Part shown: positions 18,488 to 27,968 of the stretch, in pieces | Layout of the letters: each line of letters opens with the position of its first letter | Numbering within the stretch: position 1 is the first letter of the stretch | Assembly: GCA_964620965.1 (NCBI GenBank) | Contig: CAZUHV010000002.1 | Location: 48,863 to 112,862 of the forward strand | Source: an uncultured Pseudomonadales bacterium | GTDB taxonomy: Bacteria; Patescibacteriota; Microgenomatia; UBA1400; PJMF01 | Direction: 5' to 3' | DNA: 64,000 bases | Translations under genes and position numbers: made by a program | The notes under the pieces: generated by a model | Database searches by the model: none | Seen by the model: the letters and a program-made list of their open reading frames with translations, nothing else | Told to the model about the DNA's origin: nothing

Positions 18488-19108
18488 ATGAACTATGCCC
18501 AACAAAAACGGATTCTTGATATAACAATAGCGCTTATGCTTATGATTGTCTTTTTGCCTATCTGGATAGTAGTCCCACTTATGATTTGGCTTGACTCTGG
18601 AACACCAATACTTTTTAAACATAAAAGAGTTGGTATTAATGGTAAAGAATTCTATCTGTATAAATTTAGGTCTATGATTCCAAATGCAGATGACATTTTA
18701 CACAAGCACAATAAAGAGTTGCTTAAAAAATTCAAACAAGGCGACTGGAAGCTTGAAAATGATCCAAGAATTACAAAACTAGGAAAAGCCCTTAGATCAC
18801 TTACTATTGATGAGTTTCCTCAACTCTACAATGTGATTCGAGGTGAAATGAGTATGGTTGGCCCAAGAGCGTATGTAAAAAAAGAGCTCGATGAGCAAAC
18901 ACAAAAATATCCAAAAACAAAAGAATATAGAGATCTTATTCTTTCAGTAAAACCAGGAATTACTGGACCTTGGCAAACTTCCGGAAGAAATGAGGTCCCA
19001 TTTGATGTCAGAGCCAAAATGGATGCTGAATATGCTCAATCTAATTCTATCTGGACCGATATAAAGATACTATTCAAAACACCTCAAGCAATGATTTCAA
19101 AGTGGTAA
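18488..19108 (+). CDS. polyprenyl-phosphate sugar-1-phosphate transferase (WbaP/WcaJ-type bacterial sugar transferase domain)
   Basis: From the ATG at 18488 (MNYAQQKRILDITIALMLMIVFLPIW...). One TM helix plus a conserved catalytic domain (KFRSM, PQLYNVIRGEMSMVGPR). Confidence 0.75.
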   Translation: MNYAQQKRILDITIALMLMIVFLPIWIVVPLMIWLDSGTPILFKHKRVGINGKEFYLYKFRSMIPNADDILHKHNKELLKKFKQGDWKLENDPRITKLGKALRSLTIDEFPQLYNVIRGEMSMVGPRAYVKKELDEQTQKYPKTKEYRDLILSVKPGITGPWQTSGRNEVPFDVRAKMDAEYAQSNSIWTDIKILFKTPQAMISKW

Positions 19109-19140
19109 CAACACCTACCTTTTTGGTATACTAACTAAAT

Positions 19141-21138
19141 ATGCTAGAAAAAGAGAACTTAGTTGATTCGTTTGAATATGGAATGGATGAAACCTCGCCA
19201 GAAAGTGTCGAAGATTCCTCTGTAAATATTTCACCTGAAAAAACAAACAAATTTAAGCAATTCATCTCTGGATTAAAACAAAAACCAGCCTTAGTTGTTG
19301 TTTTAGGTATCTTTTTACTACTCACACTTTTTACTACTATTGCAGGCGTTTATACCTATTCTGTAGTAAAAGAACTGCAAGCTCAGGCTCTTCCTCTAAA
19401 AGACAAAGTCCGTACAACATATGATCTGTTCAAAGCACAAAACCTACCAGAAGCTGAAAAAACACTCAATGAAATTGATACAGAATTCCAGGCTGTAAAG
19501 CAAACATATAGTAAATTAGGTTTTTACTCATATATTCCAATTGCAAAAAATTACTATGCAGACGGCCTACATGGACTAAACGCTGCACAAGCTGGTCTTT
19601 CTGCAGGTAAACGTTCGATAGCAGCAATTACGCCATATGCAGATGTTCTTGGGTTTTCTGGAGTTGAGTTTACTGGAGGAACAACTGAAGATCGACTTAA
19701 AGTTATACTAGAAACACTCGATAAAGTAGCACCAATCCTTGATGAAATCAGTGTAGATCTTGAAACAGTTAAAACTGAACTCGCCGCAATCAACCCACAA
19801 AGATACCCAGAGACAGTTAAAGATATACCAATTAGACAATATGTTGTAACAGCTCAAGAACTAAGCGCAGGAGCAGCAAATGCACTTGTTGAATACAGAC
19901 CTGTTATTGAAAAATTACCTAGAGTTGCAGGGGCTGGGGGTGAAACCCAAAAATACTTAATTCTCTTCCAAAATGATAATGAACTACGCCCAACAGGAGG
20001 ATTCCTTACTGCTTACGCGGTTATCAACATTACAGATGGTAAAGTTGAAGCTAGACAATCCGATGATATCTATGAATTAGATAAAAAGTTCACCAAAAAG
20101 ATTGCTATTCCAGAAGAATTGGGAAGATATTTAACAACAGAAAAATACTGGAACTTAAGAGACATGAATATTTCACCAGACTTTAAAGTTTCTATGGATA
20201 CATTCTATGAAAACTACCAAACCGTTCCTGGAGAACCAGAAGAAATTACTGGTATTATTGCCGTTGATACCCACTTCCTTACCAACCTCATGAATGTTCT
20301 TGGACCTGTTGAAGTACCAGGATATGGTACCTTTAGTGCACAAAACGATCCTCGTTGTGACTGTCCACAAATTATCTATGTCCTTTCTGAAATTATCACA
20401 AGACCAACTCCATACTTAAGAGAAGATAGAAAAGGTATCTTAGGCCCACTTATGAGAGCACTGCTTACAAAAGCATATGCTGCAGAAAAACAAACCTGGC
20501 CAGAACTTTTCAAAACTGGGTTTGAGAGCATCCAAAATAAACACGCTCAGTTCTATTTCTTTGACGAAGAAACTCAAAAGGCTGCCGAATTAGCTGCTGT
20601 TGCTGGAAGAATGAACCCACCTGAAAATGGAGAAGACTTCTTGGGAATCATCAATGCAAACTTAGCTGGAGCAAAATCAAATCTGTTTGTTACGTATGAG
20701 GTAAAGCAAGTTATAGCAGAAGCTCCTGTTGATGGCATGTTGACTAAAACAGTCGAAATTACCTATAAAAACACTCACAAAGCAGATAACTGTAACCTTG
20801 AAGCAGGCTTGCTCTGTTTGAACTCAACTTTAAAAGACTGGACGAGAATCTATGTGCCACAAGGATCTAAACTTGTCGAAGCACAAGGTTTCCTTGAAGA
20901 GGCAAAAGTGTATGATGAAAACGGATTCACTGTAATTGATGGATTCTTTACACTCGAACCTCTTGGATCTGCAAAACTTTCGTTTACCTACAAAGTGCCT
21001 TATGAAAATACTGCAGACTATAAAGTAAATATCTGGAAACAAGGTGGAATTGAGTCTTTCCAAAGTCTTATGGATGTTACTGGAGGCCAAGAAATCATTG
21101 AAGTCAAAAAAGATACTGCTTACGAAACGTTCTTCTAG
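19141..21138 (+). CDS. large membrane-anchored extracytoplasmic protein of unknown function (possibly DUF4012-like), last gene of the glycan locus
   Basis: 665 aa. An acidic N-terminus, one TM helix (ALVVVLGIFLLLTLFTTIAGVY), then a long hydrophilic domain. The family assignment is a guess from memory and not verified. Confidence 0.5.
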   Translation: MLEKENLVDSFEYGMDETSPESVEDSSVNISPEKTNKFKQFISGLKQKPALVVVLGIFLLLTLFTTIAGVYTYSVVKELQAQALPLKDKVRTTYDLFKAQNLPEAEKTLNEIDTEFQAVKQTYSKLGFYSYIPIAKNYYADGLHGLNAAQAGLSAGKRSIAAITPYADVLGFSGVEFTGGTTEDRLKVILETLDKVAPILDEISVDLETVKTELAAINPQRYPETVKDIPIRQYVVTAQELSAGAANALVEYRPVIEKLPRVAGAGGETQKYLILFQNDNELRPTGGFLTAYAVINITDGKVEARQSDDIYELDKKFTKKIAIPEELGRYLTTEKYWNLRDMNISPDFKVSMDTFYENYQTVPGEPEEITGIIAVDTHFLTNLMNVLGPVEVPGYGTFSAQNDPRCDCPQIIYVLSEIITRPTPYLREDRKGILGPLMRALLTKAYAAEKQTWPELFKTGFESIQNKHAQFYFFDEETQKAAELAAVAGRMNPPENGEDFLGIINANLAGAKSNLFVTYEVKQVIAEAPVDGMLTKTVEITYKNTHKADNCNLEAGLLCLNSTLKDWTRIYVPQGSKLVEAQGFLEEAKVYDENGFTVIDGFFTLEPLGSAKLSFTYKVPYENTADYKVNIWKQGGIESFQSLMDVTGGQEIIEVKKDTAYETFF

Positions 21139-21149
21139 ACTAAGTTGAT

Positions 21150-21548
21150 TTATCTAGTTGGATTAGCATTAATTTTTTCTTGAATTGCTAAACCTTCTTC
21201 TTGAGTCACACTAGTGTATGAACAAACAGTTCGTAAACCTCTGCCAGTAGTGCTATAAAAAACATACACAAACTGAGAGTCTGGTAAATCATGTTTTTCT
21301 ATTTTCATTTCATTACCTCTTCTTGTTTCTCTTGGAGCAGGGGGGAACACTATATGAAAACCACCATCACATGGAAAGAAAGCAGGATAGATTCCTTTAC
21401 GAATCATTTTTTCTAAACCACCAGGAGCACTCAACCGTCTCATGTACTCAGTTACAGGAGTTCTGTCTATTTTAGTAGCACCCTGCAAAAAAACAGACAA
21501 CTCTGTTGGAGTAAAAACTCTTGCTTTTGACTCTGTTGTAGTTTTCAT
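21150..21548 (-). CDS. small cytoplasmic protein of unknown function, tandem paralog 2
   Basis: 132 aa. Shares MKT(T/H)T...TEL, ...VFP(P/A)(A/V)P and a basic C-terminus with the adjacent gene. Confidence 0.5.
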   Translation of the reverse strand: MKTTTESKARVFTPTELSVFLQGATKIDRTPVTEYMRRLSAPGGLEKMIRKGIYPAFFPCDGGFHIVFPPAPRETRRGNEMKIEKHDLPDSQFVYVFYSTTGRGLRTVCSYTSVTQEEGLAIQEKINANPTR

Positions 21549-21558
21549 TACAACCTCC

Positions 21559-21972
21559 TTATTTTTGATATCTGCTGTTATGCTTTCTAACCGCAGCCTG
21601 TTTACCTGTTTGTAATAAACGAGTTTTCACTTTTTTTCTTAAATCATCAGCTCTCTCTTTGTCTAAAACAATAGAAACACAATGGTATAACTGGCCATCA
21701 ACTAATAATAAATATTCGCCATTCTTGTGTACAATTTTTCCGTTTTCACCAAAAGGAACTGCTGGGAACACAGCTCTAAAATTTTTACCTTCAGAAATAA
21801 TAACTGGAGCTACATCACGATCGACCATTTGATACACTCTTGCCCAGTTTCTAATCCAGTCTTCATAATCTTCTGGCTGGTTGTCATCAACAGTAAGAAT
21901 TTCTGCCGTTTCCAATATAAGTTCAGTTTGTGCACCTGTTTCTACTTGTGCTGTTCCTGTATGAGTTTTCAT
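21559..21972 (-). CDS. small cytoplasmic protein of unknown function, tandem paralog 1
   Basis: 137 aa. Paralogous to 21150-21548 (GKNFRAVFPAVP vs GGFHIVFPPAP). Confidence 0.5.
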   Translation of the reverse strand: MKTHTGTAQVETGAQTELILETAEILTVDDNQPEDYEDWIRNWARVYQMVDRDVAPVIISEGKNFRAVFPAVPFGENGKIVHKNGEYLLLVDGQLYHCVSIVLDKERADDLRKKVKTRLLQTGKQAAVRKHNSRYQK

Positions 21973-22080
21973 AAATCTAATCCTTTTTTTTGAACTATAT
22001 ATATACCTTTATAGCACATAATAATACAAAGAGTGTAGTTCGTCTATACTATTCATCAAAAACAATTTATAGTTACAGTT

Positions 22081-22626
22081 GTGAAAGACAACTCCTTTAC
22101 TACAACTGCAATTGTTTTGAAAAGAACCAATGTTGGTGAAACAGATAGAATTATTAACCTTCTGACACAAGAATATGGTAAGTTCACAGTGGTTGCAAAA
22201 GGGGTTAGAAAAATGAAATCTACCAAGAGAGCTTTTCTTGAACCAGGCAATATCATCAAAGCTTTCTGCATTAGAACAAAATCATTACCACTGCTAACAC
22301 AAGCTTCACTCATACAAGATTGCTCAGAAATGCAGCAAAACCTTGCAGCGTTTAGATCCCTCAATCAACTGCTTGAAATTTTTGAAAAGCTTTTTGTAGA
22401 AATTGAACTTGAACCAGAAATCTTTAATGCAATTTTGCTTTTACGAAAACAAGTTGTTGCCGGAAAAGCTCCTGCTAAATTCGTAAGAGACACCTTGAGT
22501 GAAATTATCGTACAAATGGGATTCCAGCACCCAGAAGAATCAAAATATAAAACAATTTCTGATTATGTCGCAGCACTTTCTGATAGCAAGATGAGAAGCT
22601 ATGAATTCCTACAAGTGAAAGTATGA
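22081..22626 (+). CDS. recO: DNA repair protein RecO (short form)
   Basis: AIVLKRTNVGETDRIINLLTQEYGKFTVVAKGVRK matches the RecO N-terminal OB-fold signature. GTG start. Confidence 0.65.
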   Translation: MKDNSFTTTAIVLKRTNVGETDRIINLLTQEYGKFTVVAKGVRKMKSTKRAFLEPGNIIKAFCIRTKSLPLLTQASLIQDCSEMQQNLAAFRSLNQLLEIFEKLFVEIELEPEIFNAILLLRKQVVAGKAPAKFVRDTLSEIIVQMGFQHPEESKYKTISDYVAALSDSKMRSYEFLQVKV

Positions 22627-23957
22627 AACAAAAATTAATTCTTTTTATACTGGCATATTTTAGATTTTTTGCAAAATTGCAATTGAAAAAAATTAACCCA
22701 ATAGTCATTGGAGTTACTGGAAGCGCTGGAAAAACAAGTACAAGAGATGCAATCTATGCTGTTTTGAAACCAGAATTTAAAGTAAAAGTAAGTTATAAAG
22801 CTAACTCAGAAAGTGGAATTCCTTTAAATATTCTTGGACTTACTCCAGTTAATTTTTCTCTGTTTGAATGGCTCAAATTAATAATTCTTTGCCCAATAAA
22901 ACTACTTACCAACTGGAAAAAATATGACATTTATCTTGTAGAAATGGGAATTGATAGCCCAAATAAACCAAAAAATATGGAGTATCTCTTAACCATTCTA
23001 AAACCAAACATTAGCATTATTTTAAATGCTGCTCCAATGCACTCAGAACCTTTTGATTACTTGGTAAATACTACAGACCCACAGAAGCGTGCAAAACAAA
23101 TTACCAAACTCATTGCTCAAGAAAAAGGTAGGATCGTTACAGACATTGATTCAAATCAAACTGCTATTGTGAATATAGATCAACAAGAACTTATAGAGTT
23201 ATTGCCAAATGTTTCAGCACAACTGTTGAGTTTTGGAAAAAGTGCAGATGCCGATATTGCAATCAAAAAATATGAAATAGATTCGTTAGGAACTCAGTTT
23301 TATTTTAATGTAGAGGAAAAAAAAGTAGTATTAGAGTTTAAAAATCAACTCTTGCCAGAACATTTTGGACATACTTTCGCTGCGGCAATCGCAGTAGGGT
23401 TTTCACTAAAAATACCTTTAGAAAAAATTAAAAATAACTTGGAAAATAATTTTAAACTACCTGCCGGCAGATCTAGTTTAATTGCAGGAATAAACAACAG
23501 TTTACTCATAGACAGCACGTATAATGCAAGCACAAAACCAATGTTAGATATGTTAGAACTGCTTAAAAAAATTCCAGGAAACAGAAAATTTGCACTTTTA
23601 GGAGATATGAGAGAAATGGGACAGGTTGCTCAAATTGAACATGAAACAGTTGCAAAAAAAGCTACAGAGGTCTGTGACCAAATTTTTCTAGTGGGACCAC
23701 AAATGAAAGAATTTGCGCTCCCAAAAATTCAAGAAACAAAAATACCTGTACAATGGTTTGAAACTGCCTATCAGGCTGGAAATTATATAAAAACAATTCT
23801 CAAAAAAGATGATGTGGTGTTATTTAAGGCGTCCCAAAATACACTGTTTTTGGAAACTGCAGTAGAACTGCTTATGGCACATCCCGATCAAGCAAAGATA
23901 CTGCTAGCTAGAAGAGGAGCTTTTTGGGATAAAAAACGAGCAGAGTATAAAAAATAA
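22623..23957 (+). CDS. murF: UDP-N-acetylmuramoyl-tripeptide--D-alanyl-D-alanine ligase
   Basis: Mur ligase P-loop IGVTGSAGKTSTRD. C-terminal DSTYNASTKPMLDMLELL...LGDMREMG is typical of MurF. Confidence 0.7.
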   Translation: MKQKLILFILAYFRFFAKLQLKKINPIVIGVTGSAGKTSTRDAIYAVLKPEFKVKVSYKANSESGIPLNILGLTPVNFSLFEWLKLIILCPIKLLTNWKKYDIYLVEMGIDSPNKPKNMEYLLTILKPNISIILNAAPMHSEPFDYLVNTTDPQKRAKQITKLIAQEKGRIVTDIDSNQTAIVNIDQQELIELLPNVSAQLLSFGKSADADIAIKKYEIDSLGTQFYFNVEEKKVVLEFKNQLLPEHFGHTFAAAIAVGFSLKIPLEKIKNNLENNFKLPAGRSSLIAGINNSLLIDSTYNASTKPMLDMLELLKKIPGNRKFALLGDMREMGQVAQIEHETVAKKATEVCDQIFLVGPQMKEFALPKIQETKIPVQWFETAYQAGNYIKTILKKDDVVLFKASQNTLFLETAVELLMAHPDQAKILLARRGAFWDKKRAEYKK

Positions 23958-23979
23958 CTCACTGTGCTATAATCAACCT

Positions 23980-24150
23980 ACAATTGAAGATTGTTTGAGT
24001 CCTTTGGCAAGGCAACCGTTTTAAACAAAAATGGTACAACAAACAAAATAAAGTGCGATTGCAAACATCTATTACAGGTAAAAAGCAACGAACTAGGGTG
24101 GAACCGCCCGGTAGGGTCCCTAACACAGTATGTGTTTGGGGCTTTTTTTA
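23980..24150 (+). promoter_or_regulatory. T-box riboswitch leader (glycine-specific by context) upstream of glyQS
   Basis: Extended -10 TGcTATAAT at 23964-23972. Conserved T-box sequence AACTAGGGTGGAACCGCC at 24091-24108. Terminator hairpin CCCTAACAC/GTGTTTGGG plus T7 at 24118-24149. GGC-A triplets in the stem-I region. Confidence 0.65.
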
Positions 24151-24317
24151 TTTCGGGTCCAACTTTTTTGAAAAAAAAGTTGTAGACACGAAATATGCAC
24201 AGCGCAGACTCTCCTTTTTTCAGAAAAAAGGAGTAAGTACATAAGATGCAACGCTATTGATGCAACACTATCCCAAACTCATACAAAACTTGGTAATATG
24301 TACATATAAAGGAAAAT

Positions 24318-25733
24318 ATGTCAGAACACACACAACCAACATTAGATGAAATTGTTAGCCTTTGTAAAAGAAGGGGGTTTGTCTATCCAACTTCCGCTAT
24401 TTATGGTGGGCTCGCCAATTCTTATGATTATGGTCCATTAGGAAGTCAACTACTTAAAAACATCAAGGATGCATGGTGGAAAGAATTTATAAATAAACGA
24501 ACTGATATGGTTGGCTTAGATTCTCAAATACTTTTACATCCAGAAACTTGGGTTGCATCTGGCCATGTTGGATCTTTTTCTGACCCACTCGTAGATGATC
24601 TTGTTACAAAAAAAAGATATAGAGCAGATCATCTCATTGAAGACTGGATTAAAAAACAAAAAAACGCTGGCTCTACAGAGTTTGATAATTTTGTGATTGA
24701 AGATCTTTCTATTTCTGAAATGGCTGAATTTATTAAAAGTCATAACATCACTAGCCCAGATGGTAATCCAATTAGTGAACCAAAAGCATTTAATCTTTTA
24801 TTTGAAACTGCAATTGGAACTGTTGCAGGCGACAAGGCAAAGGTATATCTTCGTGGTGAAACAGCACAAGGAATTTTCACTAACTTCAAGCAAATTCTTG
24901 ATACGAGTAGAGTGCAACTTCCATTTGGAGTTGGGCAAATGGGTAAGAGTTTTAGAAACGAAATTACAACGGGTCAGTTTATTTTCAGAACCCTTGAATT
25001 TGAACAAGCAGAGATTGAATACTTCTTCAATCCAAACCAAACCAACTGGGAAGAACTTATGCAGTCATGGAAAGACGCAATGGGGCATTTTGTCACTAAA
25101 ACTCTTGGAGTACGAGAAGAAAATGTCCGCTGGAGACGTCATTCAGATAGCGAAAGAAGCTTTTATAGTAAAGATACCTATGATCTAGATTATAATTTTT
25201 CATTTGGTTGGAAAGAACTTTGGGGAATTGCATATAGGACCGATTATGACCTAAAACAACACGTCAAACATTCTGGTGAAAAGCTTGAATATAGAGATCC
25301 ACATACAAATGAAGTCTTTACTCCACATGTTATCGAACCAGCACTTGGTATTGCTAGAGCCTTTTTAATGGTTATGACAGATGCATATTGGTTTGATGCA
25401 GAAAAAAATAGAACTGTTTTAAAACTAAAATCAAACTTAGCTCCATATAAAGTTGCAGTCTTTCCACTACTTAAAAATAAACCAGAACTTGTTACAAAAG
25501 CTCAATCTGTTTTCAGCCAACTTTCAGAAAAGTTTGAGACACTCTGGGATGATCGTGGCAATATTGGAAAACGCTATTTGTATCAAGATGAAATTGGAAC
25601 TCCATTTTGTGTAACCGTTGATTTTGAAACATTAGAAAATGATACTGTTACACTACGAGATAGAGATACAGCCGAGCAAATCAGAGTTTCAATCCAAGAT
25701 CTTGAAAGCCATATCTCATCCATGCTAGAGTAA
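24318..25733 (+). CDS. glyQS: glycine--tRNA ligase (alpha2 dimeric GlyQS type)
   Basis: FVYPTSAIYGGLANSYDYGPLGSQLLKNIKDAWW class II motif and the full-length GlyRS architecture. Confidence 0.9.
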   Translation: MSEHTQPTLDEIVSLCKRRGFVYPTSAIYGGLANSYDYGPLGSQLLKNIKDAWWKEFINKRTDMVGLDSQILLHPETWVASGHVGSFSDPLVDDLVTKKRYRADHLIEDWIKKQKNAGSTEFDNFVIEDLSISEMAEFIKSHNITSPDGNPISEPKAFNLLFETAIGTVAGDKAKVYLRGETAQGIFTNFKQILDTSRVQLPFGVGQMGKSFRNEITTGQFIFRTLEFEQAEIEYFFNPNQTNWEELMQSWKDAMGHFVTKTLGVREENVRWRRHSDSERSFYSKDTYDLDYNFSFGWKELWGIAYRTDYDLKQHVKHSGEKLEYRDPHTNEVFTPHVIEPALGIARAFLMVMTDAYWFDAEKNRTVLKLKSNLAPYKVAVFPLLKNKPELVTKAQSVFSQLSEKFETLWDDRGNIGKRYLYQDEIGTPFCVTVDFETLENDTVTLRDRDTAEQIRVSIQDLESHISSMLE

Positions 25734-25770
25734 TACAGCGTCCAAAAGTAGAAAGTATCGATAAGGATAT

Positions 25771-26565
25771 ATGAATAAAAAATTAGTACCAATTATCGGT
25801 GTAATCCTTCTTGTTCTTGTTGGAGGAATCTTCTTCCTAACAAGAGGAGAAAAAAGCTCTACACCACAAGAAGACACTTCACTTAAAAAAAGAAAAATCT
25901 CCGAACCAGTTAACGTCATTGATTTTGCAGAGAGGCCATATATTTTGGTCACTCCAAACACAGATGGCAGAAACCTAACAATCTCTGTTGATGCACTTAA
26001 AAAAGATGCAACAGAAGTTGAGTATGAACTTGAATATAAGTCTGGTTCATTACAACAAGGCGTTTTTGGTTCACTCAGTTTGTCTTCAATGCCAGCTTCA
26101 ACAAAACAGTTGATGGGTAGCTGTAGTGCTGGTGGTTCTTGTACCTATCATGAGGATGTTACAGGAGGAACTTTGGTCACCAGATTTATTGCAAGTGAAA
26201 ACTATGCATTAAAAACAGAGTGGAGATATATCGAAAATACAGAACAAGAAGATGAAATGGGATCTACAGATGCTAAATTCCAAATAACGTCCTCAAGCTT
26301 AAAAGGGGTAAAAATCGCTGTTATTGGAGATGCTTCTGGATTACCAGAAAAAGTAAAGGGTGATGTCGTTTCTGCACCTTATTACTTATCAACAGTCCCA
26401 GAAGTTTCTGGTAAAGCTGAACTCACAATGAGAGCTAATGAAGAAGGCGATCTCAAAGTCATGGGTTGGGACGGTTCAAAATGGCATGAATTCTCAGGAA
26501 CTGTAGATGGAAAATCTATCACAGCAGAAGTTGATCTTATGCAAGCATATATAGTTGTAAAATAA
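25771..26565 (+). CDS. membrane-anchored hypothetical protein
   Basis: N-terminal TM helix (LVPIIGVILLVLVGGIFFL) followed by a Ser/Thr/Gly-rich ectodomain. No recognisable domain. Confidence 0.5.
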   Translation: MNKKLVPIIGVILLVLVGGIFFLTRGEKSSTPQEDTSLKKRKISEPVNVIDFAERPYILVTPNTDGRNLTISVDALKKDATEVEYELEYKSGSLQQGVFGSLSLSSMPASTKQLMGSCSAGGSCTYHEDVTGGTLVTRFIASENYALKTEWRYIENTEQEDEMGSTDAKFQITSSSLKGVKIAVIGDASGLPEKVKGDVVSAPYYLSTVPEVSGKAELTMRANEEGDLKVMGWDGSKWHEFSGTVDGKSITAEVDLMQAYIVVK

Positions 26566-26590
26566 TTTTAATTGATAAGAAAGTGAAAAA

Positions 26591-26625
26591 GCCAATAAGC
26601 TATTAAAAAACTTATTGGCTTTTTT
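26591..26625 (+). terminator. intrinsic terminator
   Basis: GCCAATAAG / CTTATTGGC 9-bp stem followed by T6. Confidence 0.6.
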
Positions 26626-26652
26626 AATAAAATTTGGTAAAATACACTAACT

Positions 26653-26862
26653 ATGGAACCAGATCCCTTACCTGAACCGAATACTTCGCTTCATTTAGAA
26701 GATACACAAATCACCAAAAAAGACATTGAAACTATTTTGGGAGTCTCTAAGAAAAGAACTAAAAGAAAATTATTATACTTGTTTTCTAAGCACGTAATTA
26801 TTGCTGTTGCAACTATAACAACCTTTATTTATTTTAGTTTTCACTATTTTGGATTGATATAA
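26653..26862 (+). CDS. small tail-anchored hypothetical protein
   Basis: 69-aa ORF with a C-terminal hydrophobic helix. Weak. Confidence 0.3.
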   Translation: MEPDPLPEPNTSLHLEDTQITKKDIETILGVSKKRTKRKLLYLFSKHVIIAVATITTFIYFSFHYFGLI

Positions 26863-26871
26863 AAAATCTAA

Positions 26872-27753
26872 CTAAAACTCTTCAGAGATAAACTTTTGCA
26901 ATTCTGATCTTAATTCTGGATTGTCTTTAGCAACTATTAAGTTTGCTTTCAGCCAGTTTAAAACATTCCCACCGTCTAGATATCTACCTTGAGGGGTATA
27001 TATAACAACAGAATCATTTTGAGCCAGCTGAGTTGCTGTATCTGTAATATAGTACTCGCCACTTTGTGGGTTTGGCTCTTGGTTTTTAAGCAACTCAAAA
27101 ATTTTTGGAGTGAAAATATATTTACTTATATTTATCAAATTTGATGGAGCAGTTCCTGGAGCAGGCTTTTCTATTAAATTCGTTAAAAAAGTATATCCAT
27201 TTTCTTGTTTTGTTTCTGCAACTCCGTAACGATATAATTCTTCTTCTGGTTTTGTAATACAAGTTGCAAGGCCTTGAGCGCCTGATTTTTCGAATAACTC
27301 AATCATTTCTTTTGCTTCAATAACATGAGGATTATAAATAAAGTCATCTCCCATAAATACTAAAAATGCCTCTTCGTCTTTTAAATACTTTTCTGCAATT
27401 TCCACTGGAACGGCAGTACCATACTTATCTGCAATTGTTTGAGTAATAAATCTAAACTTAATTTTTTCTGGTAAACCTAAATGAGCTTGGCTATACTTAT
27501 CACCTTTACCAAGTTTTTCCATGTGTTGCTTTAAAGACCTAGATTCTGAATAGTAATGCTGAACCAACTGATTTTCATTTTCTTTAACAACAAAAATAAT
27601 TTCTTCAATCCCTGCATCAATACAATCTTGAACCACATAATCAATCATTGGCCGGTTTAAAATTGGCAACATTTCTTTTTGAATAGTTTTAGAAACTGGT
27701 AAGAAACGAGTTCCAAAACCTGCTGCTGTAATAAGTGCTTTTCTGATTTTCAT
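26872..27753 (-). CDS. galU: UTP--glucose-1-phosphate uridylyltransferase
   Basis: From the ATG at 27753 (MKIRKALITAAGFGTRFLPVSKTIQKEMLPI...). Classic GalU N-terminus. Confidence 0.8.
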   Translation of the reverse strand: MKIRKALITAAGFGTRFLPVSKTIQKEMLPILNRPMIDYVVQDCIDAGIEEIIFVVKENENQLVQHYYSESRSLKQHMEKLGKGDKYSQAHLGLPEKIKFRFITQTIADKYGTAVPVEIAEKYLKDEEAFLVFMGDDFIYNPHVIEAKEMIELFEKSGAQGLATCITKPEEELYRYGVAETKQENGYTFLTNLIEKPAPGTAPSNLINISKYIFTPKIFELLKNQEPNPQSGEYYITDTATQLAQNDSVVIYTPQGRYLDGGNVLNWLKANLIVAKDNPELRSELQKFISEEF

Positions 27754-27915
27754 ATAAAGCTTTCTAAAGTAACAATATTTTGATTCTAAACTAAATTTAA
27801 TAAAAGACAAAATAAAGATTTCCAAATCAAAACTATAAGTCTAAAAAACCATATATTTTCGGGTATTTTGGGCGTTTGCAGTTAACCAGACATAAGTTAT
27901 ACTTCTTCTTGATAG

Positions 27916-27968
27916 TGGTAAAAAATGGTAAATAGGCCTGTAAAAACAAATGTATATTGGTAAATATT
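27916..27968 (+). promoter_or_regulatory. putative MraZ operator: three TGGTA(AATA) repeats upstream of and overlapping the mraZ start
   Basis: TGGTA at 27916 and 27926 (10-bp phasing), TGGTAAATA again at 27958. MraZ autoregulates at TGGGN-like direct repeats in other bacteria. Confidence 0.3.
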
